DNA of 62,233 bases, taken from the IMG/VR virus record IMGVR_UViG_3300025030_000016, positions 1-62,233 of that record; one strand, given 5' to 3'. Position numbers and translations under genes: made by a program. Source of the DNA: a virus. Lineage: Duplodnaviria; Caudoviricetes. The notes under the pieces are model-generated. The model saw only the letters and a program-made list of their open reading frames with translations, searched no databases and was not told the DNA's origin. Below, in pieces: positions 35,802 to 44,439 of the stretch; the stretch's first letter is position 1; each line of letters opens with the position of its first letter.

Positions 35802-36958
35802 CCATCGAAGTCATCCCCCCCGAGCGCACCGCGCCGAACACTGCGATCCTCTTGCACACCCTGACCTTCCCCGACGTCCTGGAGGCCAAGAAGCCGGTCT
35901 CCGACCGCTGCGGCTACCTGGTCGCAGGCCCGGACAGGCGCGGGGCCAACGCCCTGAACCCGATCACCCTCTGGCGCACCTGGCAGCGCGACGTGCAGAC
36001 CGCGACCCTGCGCCCCGGCGCCTGGCCTGTCCCGGCCAAGGTGCAGGAGTATTTCCAGAGGACCAAGCACATGCAGGCGCCGCCCAAGGACATGCATCAC
36101 CCCGAGATATTTGGGGTCAACCCGTCAATAATGGAAGAAGAACTTGTTTTTAATGATCTTGCACCCCAGGAGGATACTTTGGATCTCGACTTAGGACTGA
36201 ACCTCGACGCGCTTGCTCCGCAAGCTCCTGCGCCCAAGAAGCGTATCGTTGACCCACAACCGCACTTCGCTACCTCGTACACAGGTATGGCGGAGTTTAT
36301 GCTTTGCGCGCGCAAGTGGGCCGCATCCAAGTATTTCAAAACGGTGAAGTACGTTGAGTCCCCTGCGATGGCGGACGGGAACTGCGGGCACAAAACCGCT
36401 GAGAATTACTTACTAAACGCGCAAGGGCAGAATCTGCCGGTAGACCCGGCGTACCTCCCCAAAGTAAAACGTTACTGCGACTTCCTTATCCGCTCCGAGG
36501 CAACTATCCACGTCGAGAAGGAGCTTTGCTGCACGAAGGACAAAAAGCCTTGCGGATGGTGGGACAACAAGACCGTCCACATCCGAGGCAGGGGAGACGT
36601 ACTAGCGATAAAAGACCGCAAACTCAACTACATAGACTGGAAGTTCGGGAAAGTCAAAGACGACCCGTTCCAGGTAGAGGTCATGGTAGCTCTTGCTGAT
36701 TTGCATCTAGGGGACCAGTTCGACACCGCTGACGGCAAGCTTATCTTTGTCAAAGAGTCAGACCCTGCGAAAGCCTTGGTAGGGCTCCCGAAACCGATCA
36801 CAAAAGCCGACATCCCAGGGATCTGGGATCGGATTGACTGCATCACGGACCGCATGGAGATCGCGTGTCGGGATGAGGTCTTCCCTTGCACTCCTAATTT
36901 TCTGTGCAAGAACTATTGTGATGACCTCACCTGTCACCATAACGGACGAAAGGCGTGA
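35798..36958 (+). CDS. Cas4/RecB-like PD-(D/E)XK exonuclease with N-terminal extension
   Basis: C...G..GH, VEKE, RGRGD, IDWKFG; C-terminal Cys cluster. Confidence 0.8.
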   Translation: MTIEVIPPERTAPNTAILLHTLTFPDVLEAKKPVSDRCGYLVAGPDRRGANALNPITLWRTWQRDVQTATLRPGAWPVPAKVQEYFQRTKHMQAPPKDMHHPEIFGVNPSIMEEELVFNDLAPQEDTLDLDLGLNLDALAPQAPAPKKRIVDPQPHFATSYTGMAEFMLCARKWAASKYFKTVKYVESPAMADGNCGHKTAENYLLNAQGQNLPVDPAYLPKVKRYCDFLIRSEATIHVEKELCCTKDKKPCGWWDNKTVHIRGRGDVLAIKDRKLNYIDWKFGKVKDDPFQVEVMVALADLHLGDQFDTADGKLIFVKESDPAKALVGLPKPITKADIPGIWDRIDCITDRMEIACRDEVFPCTPNFLCKNYCDDLTCHHNGRKA

Positions 36959-37465
36959 AAGCGGTCCCGTTGACGCACGGCAAAGTTGCACTGGTTGACG
37001 CTGCGGACTACGAAAGAGTCTCCCGACATACATGGCACTATGTTGGCGACGAGAGAAACAGTTACGCGCGGACCACCATAGTGGATGCGCAAGGGTCGCA
37101 CAAGGTGTGGATGCATAGATTTATTTTAGGGGATCAGCCCGATCTGCTGGGTCGACCACCGGGATGGGGATGGGCTGAACAATCGCAGACACAACCTTCG
37201 ATGGGCAACCCGAAGCCAGAACAAGATGAACGGGCGCCGGAGTCCAAGCAAGTTGAAAGGCGTGCGGCAAAGGCCCAGCGGAGCGTGGGAAGCCCGTATC
37301 ACAAACGACCACAAGCCTATCTATTTGGGGCAGTTCCCTACAGACCTAGAGGCGGCGTTCGCCTACGATCAGAAGGCGAGAGAACTTTTCGGCGAGTTTG
37401 CCTGCCCCAATTTCCACCCTGACTACGAGGGAGCTTACTACGAGAGGAGAAGCATGAATGACTAA
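36955..37465 (+). pseudogene. HNH-AP2 endonuclease interrupted by a +1 frameshift
   Basis: MHRFILGDQPDLL continues as VDHRDGDGLNNRRHNLRWAT...AP2 only if one G of GGG at 37149-37151 is removed. Confidence 0.8.
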
Positions 37466-37661
37466 CTCCAACCAGGACAAATACCTGGCCCTGCACGAGG
37501 CGATGATGGCCGAGTTCGACTCTGAACCCGACGAAGCGGAGGTGACCGCCGAGCTCCGCTCCCTGGGGCCGCTCCTTGAGAACGTCTCGCCGGAGCAGAG
37601 GAGCCAGTTGGACCGAATCGCGGCGATGCAGCCGGTGAAGAGGAAGAAGCGCAGGAAGTAA
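37458..37661 (+). CDS. Hypothetical protein with basic tail
   Basis: Fits the operon. Confidence 0.55.
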   Translation: MTNSNQDKYLALHEAMMAEFDSEPDEAEVTAELRSLGPLLENVSPEQRSQLDRIAAMQPVKRKKRRK

Positions 37662-37688
37662 TCCACAGAAGTTATCAACTTATCCACA
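37659..37688 (+). promoter_or_regulatory. Tandem DnaA-box-like cluster
   Basis: TAATCCACA, TTATCAACT and a perfect TTATCCACA. Confidence 0.45.
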
Positions 37689-37701
37689 GGAGGAGGGGCA
37701 G

Positions 37702-38040
37702 ATGGAGAAGCAGTTAAGTAAGCGAGGTCAAGACTGGCAGGAGTTCGCGGCGAAGGTCCTGGACCACATCGAGAACTACACCGTGCCGCAGTACGGAGAT
37801 AAGGGCGAGGACCAGGCGAGTGACTTCAAGAGCCACGACCACGTGGTGCAGGCTAAGAAATACCTGAACCGCTACGGCAAGAACTCCCGCCCCGGCCAGG
37901 AGGTCCTCGACCTTGTGAAGACGGCGCACTACAGTCAGATGGCGGCGATGGAGCTGACGAAGGAGCTGCGGGAGGCGAGGGAACGTATCCCGGTCGAAGA
38001 CTGGGCGTGCCCTGCAAAGGAGCTCTCCCATGCCTCTTAA
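37702..38040 (+). CDS. DUF3310-like protein (T7 gp1.7 nucleotide-kinase-related)
   Basis: KYLNRYGK...DLVKTAHY motif; adjacent to thyX. Confidence 0.5.
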   Translation: MEKQLSKRGQDWQEFAAKVLDHIENYTVPQYGDKGEDQASDFKSHDHVVQAKKYLNRYGKNSRPGQEVLDLVKTAHYSQMAAMELTKELREARERIPVEDWACPAKELSHAS

Positions 38041-38701
38041 AGTCTCCCTGCTGGCAGCCACCCCGGACGCCGTCAAGGTCGTCGCCACCGCGGCGCACCG
38101 CTGCGTCTCGCTGGACGACCCGGCCTCTTTCCTCCTGCGGCTTGACCGCGCAAGGGCTGAGAGGATCATCGACAAGGCCCTCGGCATGGGGCACGACTCC
38201 ATCCTGGAGCACGCCTCGTTCACCTTCAGCATCGACGGTGTCTCCAGATCCCTCAGCCACCAGCTGGTCAGGTTCCGCATAGCATCCTTTGCTCAAGCCT
38301 CGCAGCGCTACATCGAGTTCAAGAACGGTTTCAAATACGGCACCCCGCCCAGCATCGCGGCGAACCCGACTCAGCTGGCCCGGTACAAGGCTCTGATGGC
38401 TGAGATCTCGGCCTTCTACGAGCTGGCCGTAGAGGCAGGCATCCCTGCGGAAGACGCCCGTTTCGCGATTCCCAACGCCTGCGAGACCGGTCTTCTTATG
38501 ACGATGAACGCCCGCGAGCTGCACCACATGTTCCACCTGCGCTGCTGCACTCACGCCCAGTGGGAGATCAGGGAGATGGCGAACCAGATCCTGGAGATCG
38601 TGCAGACTTGGACTCCGGCGCTTTTCAAGAATGCCGGCCCTTCCTGCGTCTCGACGGGGCGCTGCCCTGAAGGGGCGAGGGGATGTGGGAGGCTCCCATG
38701 A
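38030..38701 (+). CDS. thyX: Flavin-dependent thymidylate synthase
   Basis: GHDSILEH, SRSLSHQLVR, SQRY, EDARF, MNAREL, AQWEIR. Confidence 0.93.
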   Translation: MPLKVSLLAATPDAVKVVATAAHRCVSLDDPASFLLRLDRARAERIIDKALGMGHDSILEHASFTFSIDGVSRSLSHQLVRFRIASFAQASQRYIEFKNGFKYGTPPSIAANPTQLARYKALMAEISAFYELAVEAGIPAEDARFAIPNACETGLLMTMNARELHHMFHLRCCTHAQWEIREMANQILEIVQTWTPALFKNAGPSCVSTGRCPEGARGCGRLP

Positions 38702-39066
38702 GACTCTCAGGAAAGACCTACAGGGCAGTCTTACGAGCCTTGGCCGACGCAAGCGAGGGGAAGTTCGTCGTTTTCGTTTCAGGGTACAGCCACGACGATC
38801 GCGCGCTTCGGTTCGCCCACGACCTGACGCACTGCCTCCACGACTGTGCATATTTCAACGCACAGCGGCGGGAGGTGACCTTCCGGAAAGACGACGGGGT
38901 GGAAGTTATCGGCACGCTCAACGTTACACACATCGAAGCTTTCGAGCAGGATGTGCGGGGAGGCAGGTACAGAGGCACTGAGCGGACGAAGTTCAAGGTG
39001 GTTTTTGACGACTGCGGACCGAGCGAGCGCCTGAGGGACTTCCTGAAGGAGTGCGCCTGTGGCTAA
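38698..39066 (+). CDS. Hypothetical protein
   Basis: ATGA coupling to thyX. Confidence 0.55.
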   Translation: MRLSGKTYRAVLRALADASEGKFVVFVSGYSHDDRALRFAHDLTHCLHDCAYFNAQRREVTFRKDDGVEVIGTLNVTHIEAFEQDVRGGRYRGTERTKFKVVFDDCGPSERLRDFLKECACG

Positions 39067-39397
39067 AACTCCCGAAGGCGAGATCAAAAAAATGATTACC
39101 CGCCGGCTGGTCGCCCGCGGCCTGCTTCAGGCCAAAGACGCAGCCTTGGCGACGAGCAACCACACCGGCAAGTTCATCATGCCGGTCCCCAATTTCAGGG
39201 GCGTGATGGGCATCCCCGACTACTACGGGCATTACAAAGGGCGGTTCTTCGAGATCGAGGCGAAGCGCCCGGGAGAGGAGCCTACCGCACTCCAGGGGCA
39301 CCAGTTGAACGCGACCAGCATCACAGGTGCCGCCTCTTTCGCCGTGGATTCCGAGGAGTCAATGGACGCAGTTGAAGCATGGATGGATCAAGTTTGA
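39059..39397 (+). CDS. VRR-NUC nuclease
   Basis: TPEGEIK, GIPD, EIEAKRPG, TALQ. Confidence 0.88.
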   Translation: MAKTPEGEIKKMITRRLVARGLLQAKDAALATSNHTGKFIMPVPNFRGVMGIPDYYGHYKGRFFEIEAKRPGEEPTALQGHQLNATSITGAASFAVDSEESMDAVEAWMDQV

Positions 39398-39417
39398 AAG
39401 AAATAAGATAATCCTCG

Positions 39418-39454
39418 TAAAGTTCTTGACAATGATTTCAGGGTACGGTATCTT
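39418..39454 (+). promoter_or_regulatory. Promoter (extended -35 family)
   Basis: TAAAGTTCTTGACA-17-TATCTT. Confidence 0.7.
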
Positions 39455-39493
39455 CGCCGTACCCTGTTTCACATTCAAGCCAAAGGAGGATCT

Positions 39494-39841
39494 ATGCACG
39501 CATTTGTCGAGGAAGACGGGCCGTTCAACGTCGTGGTCGTTTACGAGTACCCTGTTCCCGGCGGGATGAATTACCGCTCGGCCGTCGAGAACAAGGAGCC
39601 TCTGACTCTGGAGGAGGCGAAGCGGTGGAACCACAGGATCAAGGAGCTGGTGGACCTCGGCAAGGGCATGGGCGCGATCGGGTCCTACACCGAGATGTCC
39701 GTCTGCCCCAGGCCCTTCACCCGCGAGATCCTGAGGAAGCTCTGCAGGGTGCAGGTGCTGGACAAGCTTGAGGAGCAGGAGAAGCAGGCATTACCACTCC
39801 CCAGCGAGAACTTCTGGGTCGGCCGCGTGGCGCCGATATGA
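39494..39841 (+). CDS. Hypothetical protein
   Basis: RBS AAGGAGG. Confidence 0.65.
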   Translation: MHAFVEEDGPFNVVVVYEYPVPGGMNYRSAVENKEPLTLEEAKRWNHRIKELVDLGKGMGAIGSYTEMSVCPRPFTREILRKLCRVQVLDKLEEQEKQALPLPSENFWVGRVAPI

Positions 39842-39850
39842 GGGAAGGGG

Positions 39851-40264
39851 ATGATCGAGGCAGTAAAATTAGTAACCATCCTCTGCCCTGTGCGGCTGGG
39901 GATATTTGAGGAGGGGAAGATGAAGACTAGGGAATTCCAATCGTACTCTGGCGACACCTACGAAAGCTGGACAGACGAACGAGAAAGAGTCAGATACCGC
40001 CGCATTAAAAAGGCAGCAGCGCCGGAATGGGCACCAGCTCCGAGAATTGTGACATCGGCCGAAATAATCGCTGACCTCCGCGCCGAACTCTCCCGCCTCA
40101 CCCTCTCCGCAGCCGAATCGCAGCGGGAGGAATGGAGGGACGGGGCGGCTGACTTTGCTTGCCACCTCAGCAACAACTGTGAATTGGAGACGATCACTGA
40201 AGAGTTTATCCGTCAAGCGCTGGTGGACTTCGCAAAAGCGGCAGAGGCGGTGCGCCATGAGTAA
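39851..40264 (+). CDS. Hypothetical protein (alternative start 39920)
   Basis: Fits the operon. Confidence 0.55.
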   Translation: MIEAVKLVTILCPVRLGIFEEGKMKTREFQSYSGDTYESWTDERERVRYRRIKKAAAPEWAPAPRIVTSAEIIADLRAELSRLTLSAAESQREEWRDGAADFACHLSNNCELETITEEFIRQALVDFAKAAEAVRHE

Positions 40265-40404
40265 GCCGGGGTTCCTCCTCAAATTCATAGCTGAGTGTGT
40301 AGCTTTTGCCGTCACCGGTTCCGCTTGCAGCACTCCCAAGAGGAAGAAAAAGAAGGAGGGGAAGAAGTGACGAACTCCCCAGGCGCAGTTAACAAAGGAC
40401 CACA

Positions 40405-41985
40405 ATGAACCCTAGAATCATCTCCAACTCCATAGTCTTCAAGCCCTCCGACCTCGCGCAGGCGAAACAGGTGCGAACCTGCATCCCTGCCGCGAGGTTC
40501 AAGGAGTCCCCTGTCGGGGTGCTCTGCGCCGTGCCTCTGACTTTGGAGGCGGCGAGGATTTTAAGGAACCTGGGGGTCGAGGCGCCGAGTCCCATTGAGG
40601 CCGTTTACAACTGGCCCATAATCCCGGGACGAAAGCCTCGACCGCACCAGATCAAAACCAGCGCCTACCTCACGCTGAACCCGCGGGGACACTGCCACAA
40701 CAGCCCGAGGACCGGCAAGACCATCTCCACGCTCTGGTCCATCGACTACCTGCAGCAGATAGGAGCGATGGGCAAGGCTCTCGTCGTGGCCCCACTCTCC
40801 ACACTGGAGCGCGCCTGGGGTGACGAGATCTTCCTGAATTTCCCAGGGAAGAAGTTCGCCGTCTTGCACGGCTCGGCCGAGAAGAGACGCAAGCTCCTCG
40901 CCACGGACCAGGACATCTACGTAATCAACCATGACGGGGTCGAGATCCTCCAGAAGGAACTTATGGCTCGGGGCGACATCGACCTGATCGTGATCGACGA
41001 GGTGGCGGTTTTCCGCAACGCCAAGACCAAGAGGTGGAAGGCGATGAACGCCGTGGTGAACAACCGCGGAGTCTACACCTGGTGCTGGGGGCTCACCGGC
41101 ACTCCGACCAGCAACGAGCCGACCGATGCCTATGGTCAGGCCAAGCTGGTACGCCCTGAGAGCGTCAAGGGTCAGAGCTTCACCGCCTTCAAGGACCTCA
41201 CCATGCAGCAGTTCGGGCCGTTCAAGTGGGTGCCGCGGAAAGGAAGCGAGCAGACCGTGGCGAGGGTCCTCTCGCCGTCCATAAGGTTCGACCGCTCCAC
41301 AGTCACCGACATGGAGCCCTGCCTGATCGAGCGCCACGCCGAGCTCTCCCCCGAGCAGAAGCACCACATCAACAAGCTCCTCAGGGAGGCGGTCACCGAG
41401 ATCAACGGGTCGACGGTGTCGGCGGTGAATGCGGCGGTGCTGATAAGTAAGGTCGTGCAGGCTGCCTGCGGGGTGGTTTACGGCGCCAACGGCGAGTTCC
41501 TGCGCCTGGACTTCGGCCCCCGCATGAAGGTGCTGGAGGAGGCCATCGAGGAGAACGACACCGGCAAGGTGATCGTGTTCCTCCCCTTCACAGGTGCCCT
41601 GAATGCCGTGGCTACCGAGCTGCGTAAGAAGTGGAGCGTCGAGGTGGTGGACGGCGGCGTCTCCGCCGGCAAGCGGAACCAGATCTACTCGGATTTCCAA
41701 ACAAAGAAGCACCCCCACGTCCTGGTGGCGCACCCTCAGTGCATGGCGCACGGCCTTGAATTGACCGCCGCGGACCTGATCATCTTCGGGGCACCGATCA
41801 CCTCCAACGAGATTTACACCCAGGCCTGCTGCCGCATCGACGGCGGCGGCCAGAAATCCAAGATCGACATCATGCACATCTCGGCGACCCCCACGGAGCG
41901 CAGGATCTACTCGGTGGTGCGGGAGAAGGGGAAACTTCAGGACGTGGTTCTGGAACTTTTGAAAGAAGGCAAATTAAGTTCTTGA
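40405..41985 (+). CDS. SNF2-family helicase
   Basis: RTGKT, LVVAPLS, IDE, LTGTP, HGLELT, QACCRI. Confidence 0.92.
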   Translation: MNPRIISNSIVFKPSDLAQAKQVRTCIPAARFKESPVGVLCAVPLTLEAARILRNLGVEAPSPIEAVYNWPIIPGRKPRPHQIKTSAYLTLNPRGHCHNSPRTGKTISTLWSIDYLQQIGAMGKALVVAPLSTLERAWGDEIFLNFPGKKFAVLHGSAEKRRKLLATDQDIYVINHDGVEILQKELMARGDIDLIVIDEVAVFRNAKTKRWKAMNAVVNNRGVYTWCWGLTGTPTSNEPTDAYGQAKLVRPESVKGQSFTAFKDLTMQQFGPFKWVPRKGSEQTVARVLSPSIRFDRSTVTDMEPCLIERHAELSPEQKHHINKLLREAVTEINGSTVSAVNAAVLISKVVQAACGVVYGANGEFLRLDFGPRMKVLEEAIEENDTGKVIVFLPFTGALNAVATELRKKWSVEVVDGGVSAGKRNQIYSDFQTKKHPHVLVAHPQCMAHGLELTAADLIIFGAPITSNEIYTQACCRIDGGGQKSKIDIMHISATPTERRIYSVVREKGKLQDVVLELLKEGKLSS

Positions 41986-42010
41986 CACCACTTCCAGACC
42001 CTGCTATAAA
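41974..42010 (+). promoter_or_regulatory. Promoter (extended -35 family)
   Basis: TTAAGTTCTTGACA-17-TATAAA. Confidence 0.7.
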
Positions 42011-42050
42011 GTTGTTAACAATTGAATTACGAACTTCAAAGGAGGAACAG

Positions 42051-42695
42051 ATGTCAGCCCCCACCAACCAGCAGATCATCGACCAGTATCTTCTCGACCG
42101 CGAGAAGATCAAGCGCATCAAGGCGAAGGCCGCCGAGGCGATCGCATCCCTTGAGGCTTTCCAGTCCAATCGCGAGGCGTACCTTCTGAAGCAGGAAGAC
42201 CCGACCCTCGTCGAGTTCCTCACCGACCTCTACATCAACGGGCGGGACGGCAAGGCGGCGGCCGAGGCCAAGAAGAAAGACATCGGCCTGAAGCAGAACG
42301 AGATCGAGGCCTGGCTCCTGAAGATGCTGGACAAGCTGAAGTCCAAAGGGATCAAGACCGAGTTCGGCACCGTCTACCCGACGAGAAAAGAGGGCGTGTC
42401 CGTGGAGGACTGGGACGCCTTCCTTGAGGCGGAGATCCTGCGGCCTGCGGCCGAGGAAATCATTGAAGCTATCGGGAAACTTAACCACCCCGGAGAGGAC
42501 ATTTTTGATGTAGAGGATGTGGTAGCCATCCTCCGCTCCGCCGCCCACCTCGAATTCATCAACAAGGGGGTGAACAAGACGGCTGTGCTGGAGCGTATGG
42601 GCGAGAAAGATGAGAAGAACGACTCCCGCCCGAAGCCGCCGCCGGCAGGGGTGAAGTACAGTGCTATTCGCACTGTAGGGGTCCGTAAATCTTAA
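42051..42695 (+). CDS. Replication-module hypothetical protein
   Basis: RBS AAGGAGG before ATG 42051; IKTEFGTVY...DWDAF...PPAGV; duplicated N-terminal helix. Confidence 0.75.
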   Translation: MSAPTNQQIIDQYLLDREKIKRIKAKAAEAIASLEAFQSNREAYLLKQEDPTLVEFLTDLYINGRDGKAAAEAKKKDIGLKQNEIEAWLLKMLDKLKSKGIKTEFGTVYPTRKEGVSVEDWDAFLEAEILRPAAEEIIEAIGKLNHPGEDIFDVEDVVAILRSAAHLEFINKGVNKTAVLERMGEKDEKNDSRPKPPPAGVKYSAIRTVGVRKS

Positions 42696-42704
42696 ACCTG
42701 ATTT

Positions 42705-42790
42705 GAGGCAGCTTGGCATAGCCTGCGCTGTGCGTGAACCGGAAAACGCAACGTGCGGTCAGTGGTTCGAGTTCCACTACTGCCTTTCCA
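42705..42790 (+). ncRNA. tRNA-like RNA or degenerate tRNA
   Basis: Acceptor GAGGCAG/CTGCCTT followed by T-CCA; T arm AGTGG-TTCGAGTT-CCACT; no canonical anticodon stem. Confidence 0.5.
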
Positions 42791-42816
42791 CAAAATTCCC
42801 AAAAAAGGAGGGGACA

Positions 42817-43083
42817 ATGGATCGCCCAATGTATAAGGCAGCACTTCAAAACGGCACACTTGAGGTAACTGAAGTGACTCCAGAGATTTGGCGGCGGATA
42901 GGTACGCAAGGCTTAGGCCACAGCAAGATGGGAGCAGTGGAGATCCTTAAACGGCGAGTCATGAATCAGTTCGCCAAAGACATGCAGGCAATCGACTGGC
43001 AATCACTTCAGTACGTGAAGGACTACCACGACGAGAGTAACCCGCTCACCGAGGAGCTTCACAGGGAAGCGAGGAAGTCATGA
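42817..43083 (+). CDS. Hypothetical protein
   Basis: RBS AAGGAGG before ATG 42817. Confidence 0.6.
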   Translation: MDRPMYKAALQNGTLEVTEVTPEIWRRIGTQGLGHSKMGAVEILKRRVMNQFAKDMQAIDWQSLQYVKDYHDESNPLTEELHREARKS

Positions 43084-43274
43084 AAGTCATCATCGAAGGG
43101 TACAAAATAGTGGATGAAAACTCACTCTCACCTTGGAGGCACACTCAGGAAGAACTGATCATTACAGAGGAGAGATTCGCCCACGCCGACATGGTGACCT
43201 TGGAACTGCACGCAGAACGCATAACCGTCTCCCGGCGAGAACTTTTGAATGCGGTGGAGATGCTCAAGCCGTAG
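43080..43274 (+). CDS. Hypothetical protein
   Basis: ATGA coupling. Confidence 0.55.
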   Translation: MKVIIEGYKIVDENSLSPWRHTQEELIITEERFAHADMVTLELHAERITVSRRELLNAVEMLKP

Positions 43275-43338
43275 ATCCTTAAAATCAAACCCCAACCCTC
43301 CCTCGAACGGGGAGGCATCAAACCAAGCGAGGTAACAA

Positions 43339-44394
43339 ATGAGCAACGAAGTCATGATCCCCGGAATGTCCGCACTCCCCGCCTACCTCCAGGCCGCTCT
43401 GGCAGCCAACCCGGCGCTGCTTCAGGCCAACATGGACGCCGCCAACGGCATCGGCGGTGGGGCGGTTCCGACCATCACCGCGAACCAGGGCATGTTCAAG
43501 ACCAAGGTGGACGGGGTTGAGGACATCATCCAGATGGATGTCCCCGGCATGGGCAAGATCAACGCCCCGAAAATCGCCGCCGTCATCCTGGCAGGCAAGC
43601 CTGCGCTGGATCGCGCTTTCTTCCTCACCGCCTACACCGCAGGCCCCGAGCCCGCCTCCCCCGACTGCTCCAGCGAGGACGGCATCAAGCCCAAGGCGGA
43701 CTCCCCCAACAAGCAGTGCGAGAGCTGCGCGGGTTGCCCGCAGAACATGTGGGGCAGCGCCAAGCTGCAGGACGGCACCCCCGGCAAGGGGAAGGCGTGC
43801 GGCGAAAAGAAGCGCCTCGCCATCTACGCCAACCAGGGCGTCTACCGTTTCAGCGTACCGCCCGCATCCCTTGGCGACTTCGCGGCCTACGCCCGCCAGC
43901 TGGCCGGTCACGGCCTGGCACTCTCCACGGTGATCACCACCATCTCCTTCGACCCTGCGACCCCGACCAAGCTGGTCTTCGCTTTCCAGGGCGTACTCCC
44001 CGAGGCGGCTCTGAACAAGCTCCTCCCGCTGGTGAACGGCGAAGAGGTCAGGGCGATCATGCAGAACTTCACCCCGGCGGTGCAGCAGCTCGCCGCCCCG
44101 GCTGCGACCCCCCAGCAGTCCGGACCCTCGGAGGCCGACAAGGCCGCAGCTGCGGCGAAAGTCGAGGCGGATAAGAAGGCAGCCGCAGACAAGGCCGCAG
44201 CTGACAAGAAGGCGAAGGCGGACAAGGCCGCTGCTGATAAGAAGGCGAAAGAGGAAGCTGCCACAGCCGCTGCGAAGCCCGCAGACGTCGGGCTGGGTCT
44301 GAATCTCGACCTCGGCATGGGCGGGGTCGCCGAGACGGCTGCCGACGACCCGAACCTCTCCGACGAGGCGCTCTCCGCCCTGTTCGCCCTGTAA
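43339..44394 (+). CDS. Putative Zn-binding ssDNA-binding/annealing protein
   Basis: CSSEDG.KP...CESCAGCPQN..GS...GKGKAC; Ala/Lys linker; acidic C-terminal tail. Confidence 0.6.
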   Translation: MSNEVMIPGMSALPAYLQAALAANPALLQANMDAANGIGGGAVPTITANQGMFKTKVDGVEDIIQMDVPGMGKINAPKIAAVILAGKPALDRAFFLTAYTAGPEPASPDCSSEDGIKPKADSPNKQCESCAGCPQNMWGSAKLQDGTPGKGKACGEKKRLAIYANQGVYRFSVPPASLGDFAAYARQLAGHGLALSTVITTISFDPATPTKLVFAFQGVLPEAALNKLLPLVNGEEVRAIMQNFTPAVQQLAAPAATPQQSGPSEADKAAAAAKVEADKKAAADKAAADKKAKADKAAADKKAKEEAATAAAKPADVGLGLNLDLGMGGVAETAADDPNLSDEALSALFAL

Positions 44395-44404
44395 CATTTC
44401 ACCG

Positions 44405-44424
44405 GCCCTCCCCTTCGGGGGAGG
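44405..44424 (+). terminator. Strong hairpin after the SSB-like gene
   Basis: CCCTCCCC-TTCG-GGGGAGGG; weak U-tract. Confidence 0.4.
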
Positions 44425-44439
44425 GTTCAGGAGGATCAA

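Noticed and set aside
35798-36958. Cas4-like gene as a CRISPR system
   Set aside because: No array or other cas genes; this is a standard phage replication-module exonuclease
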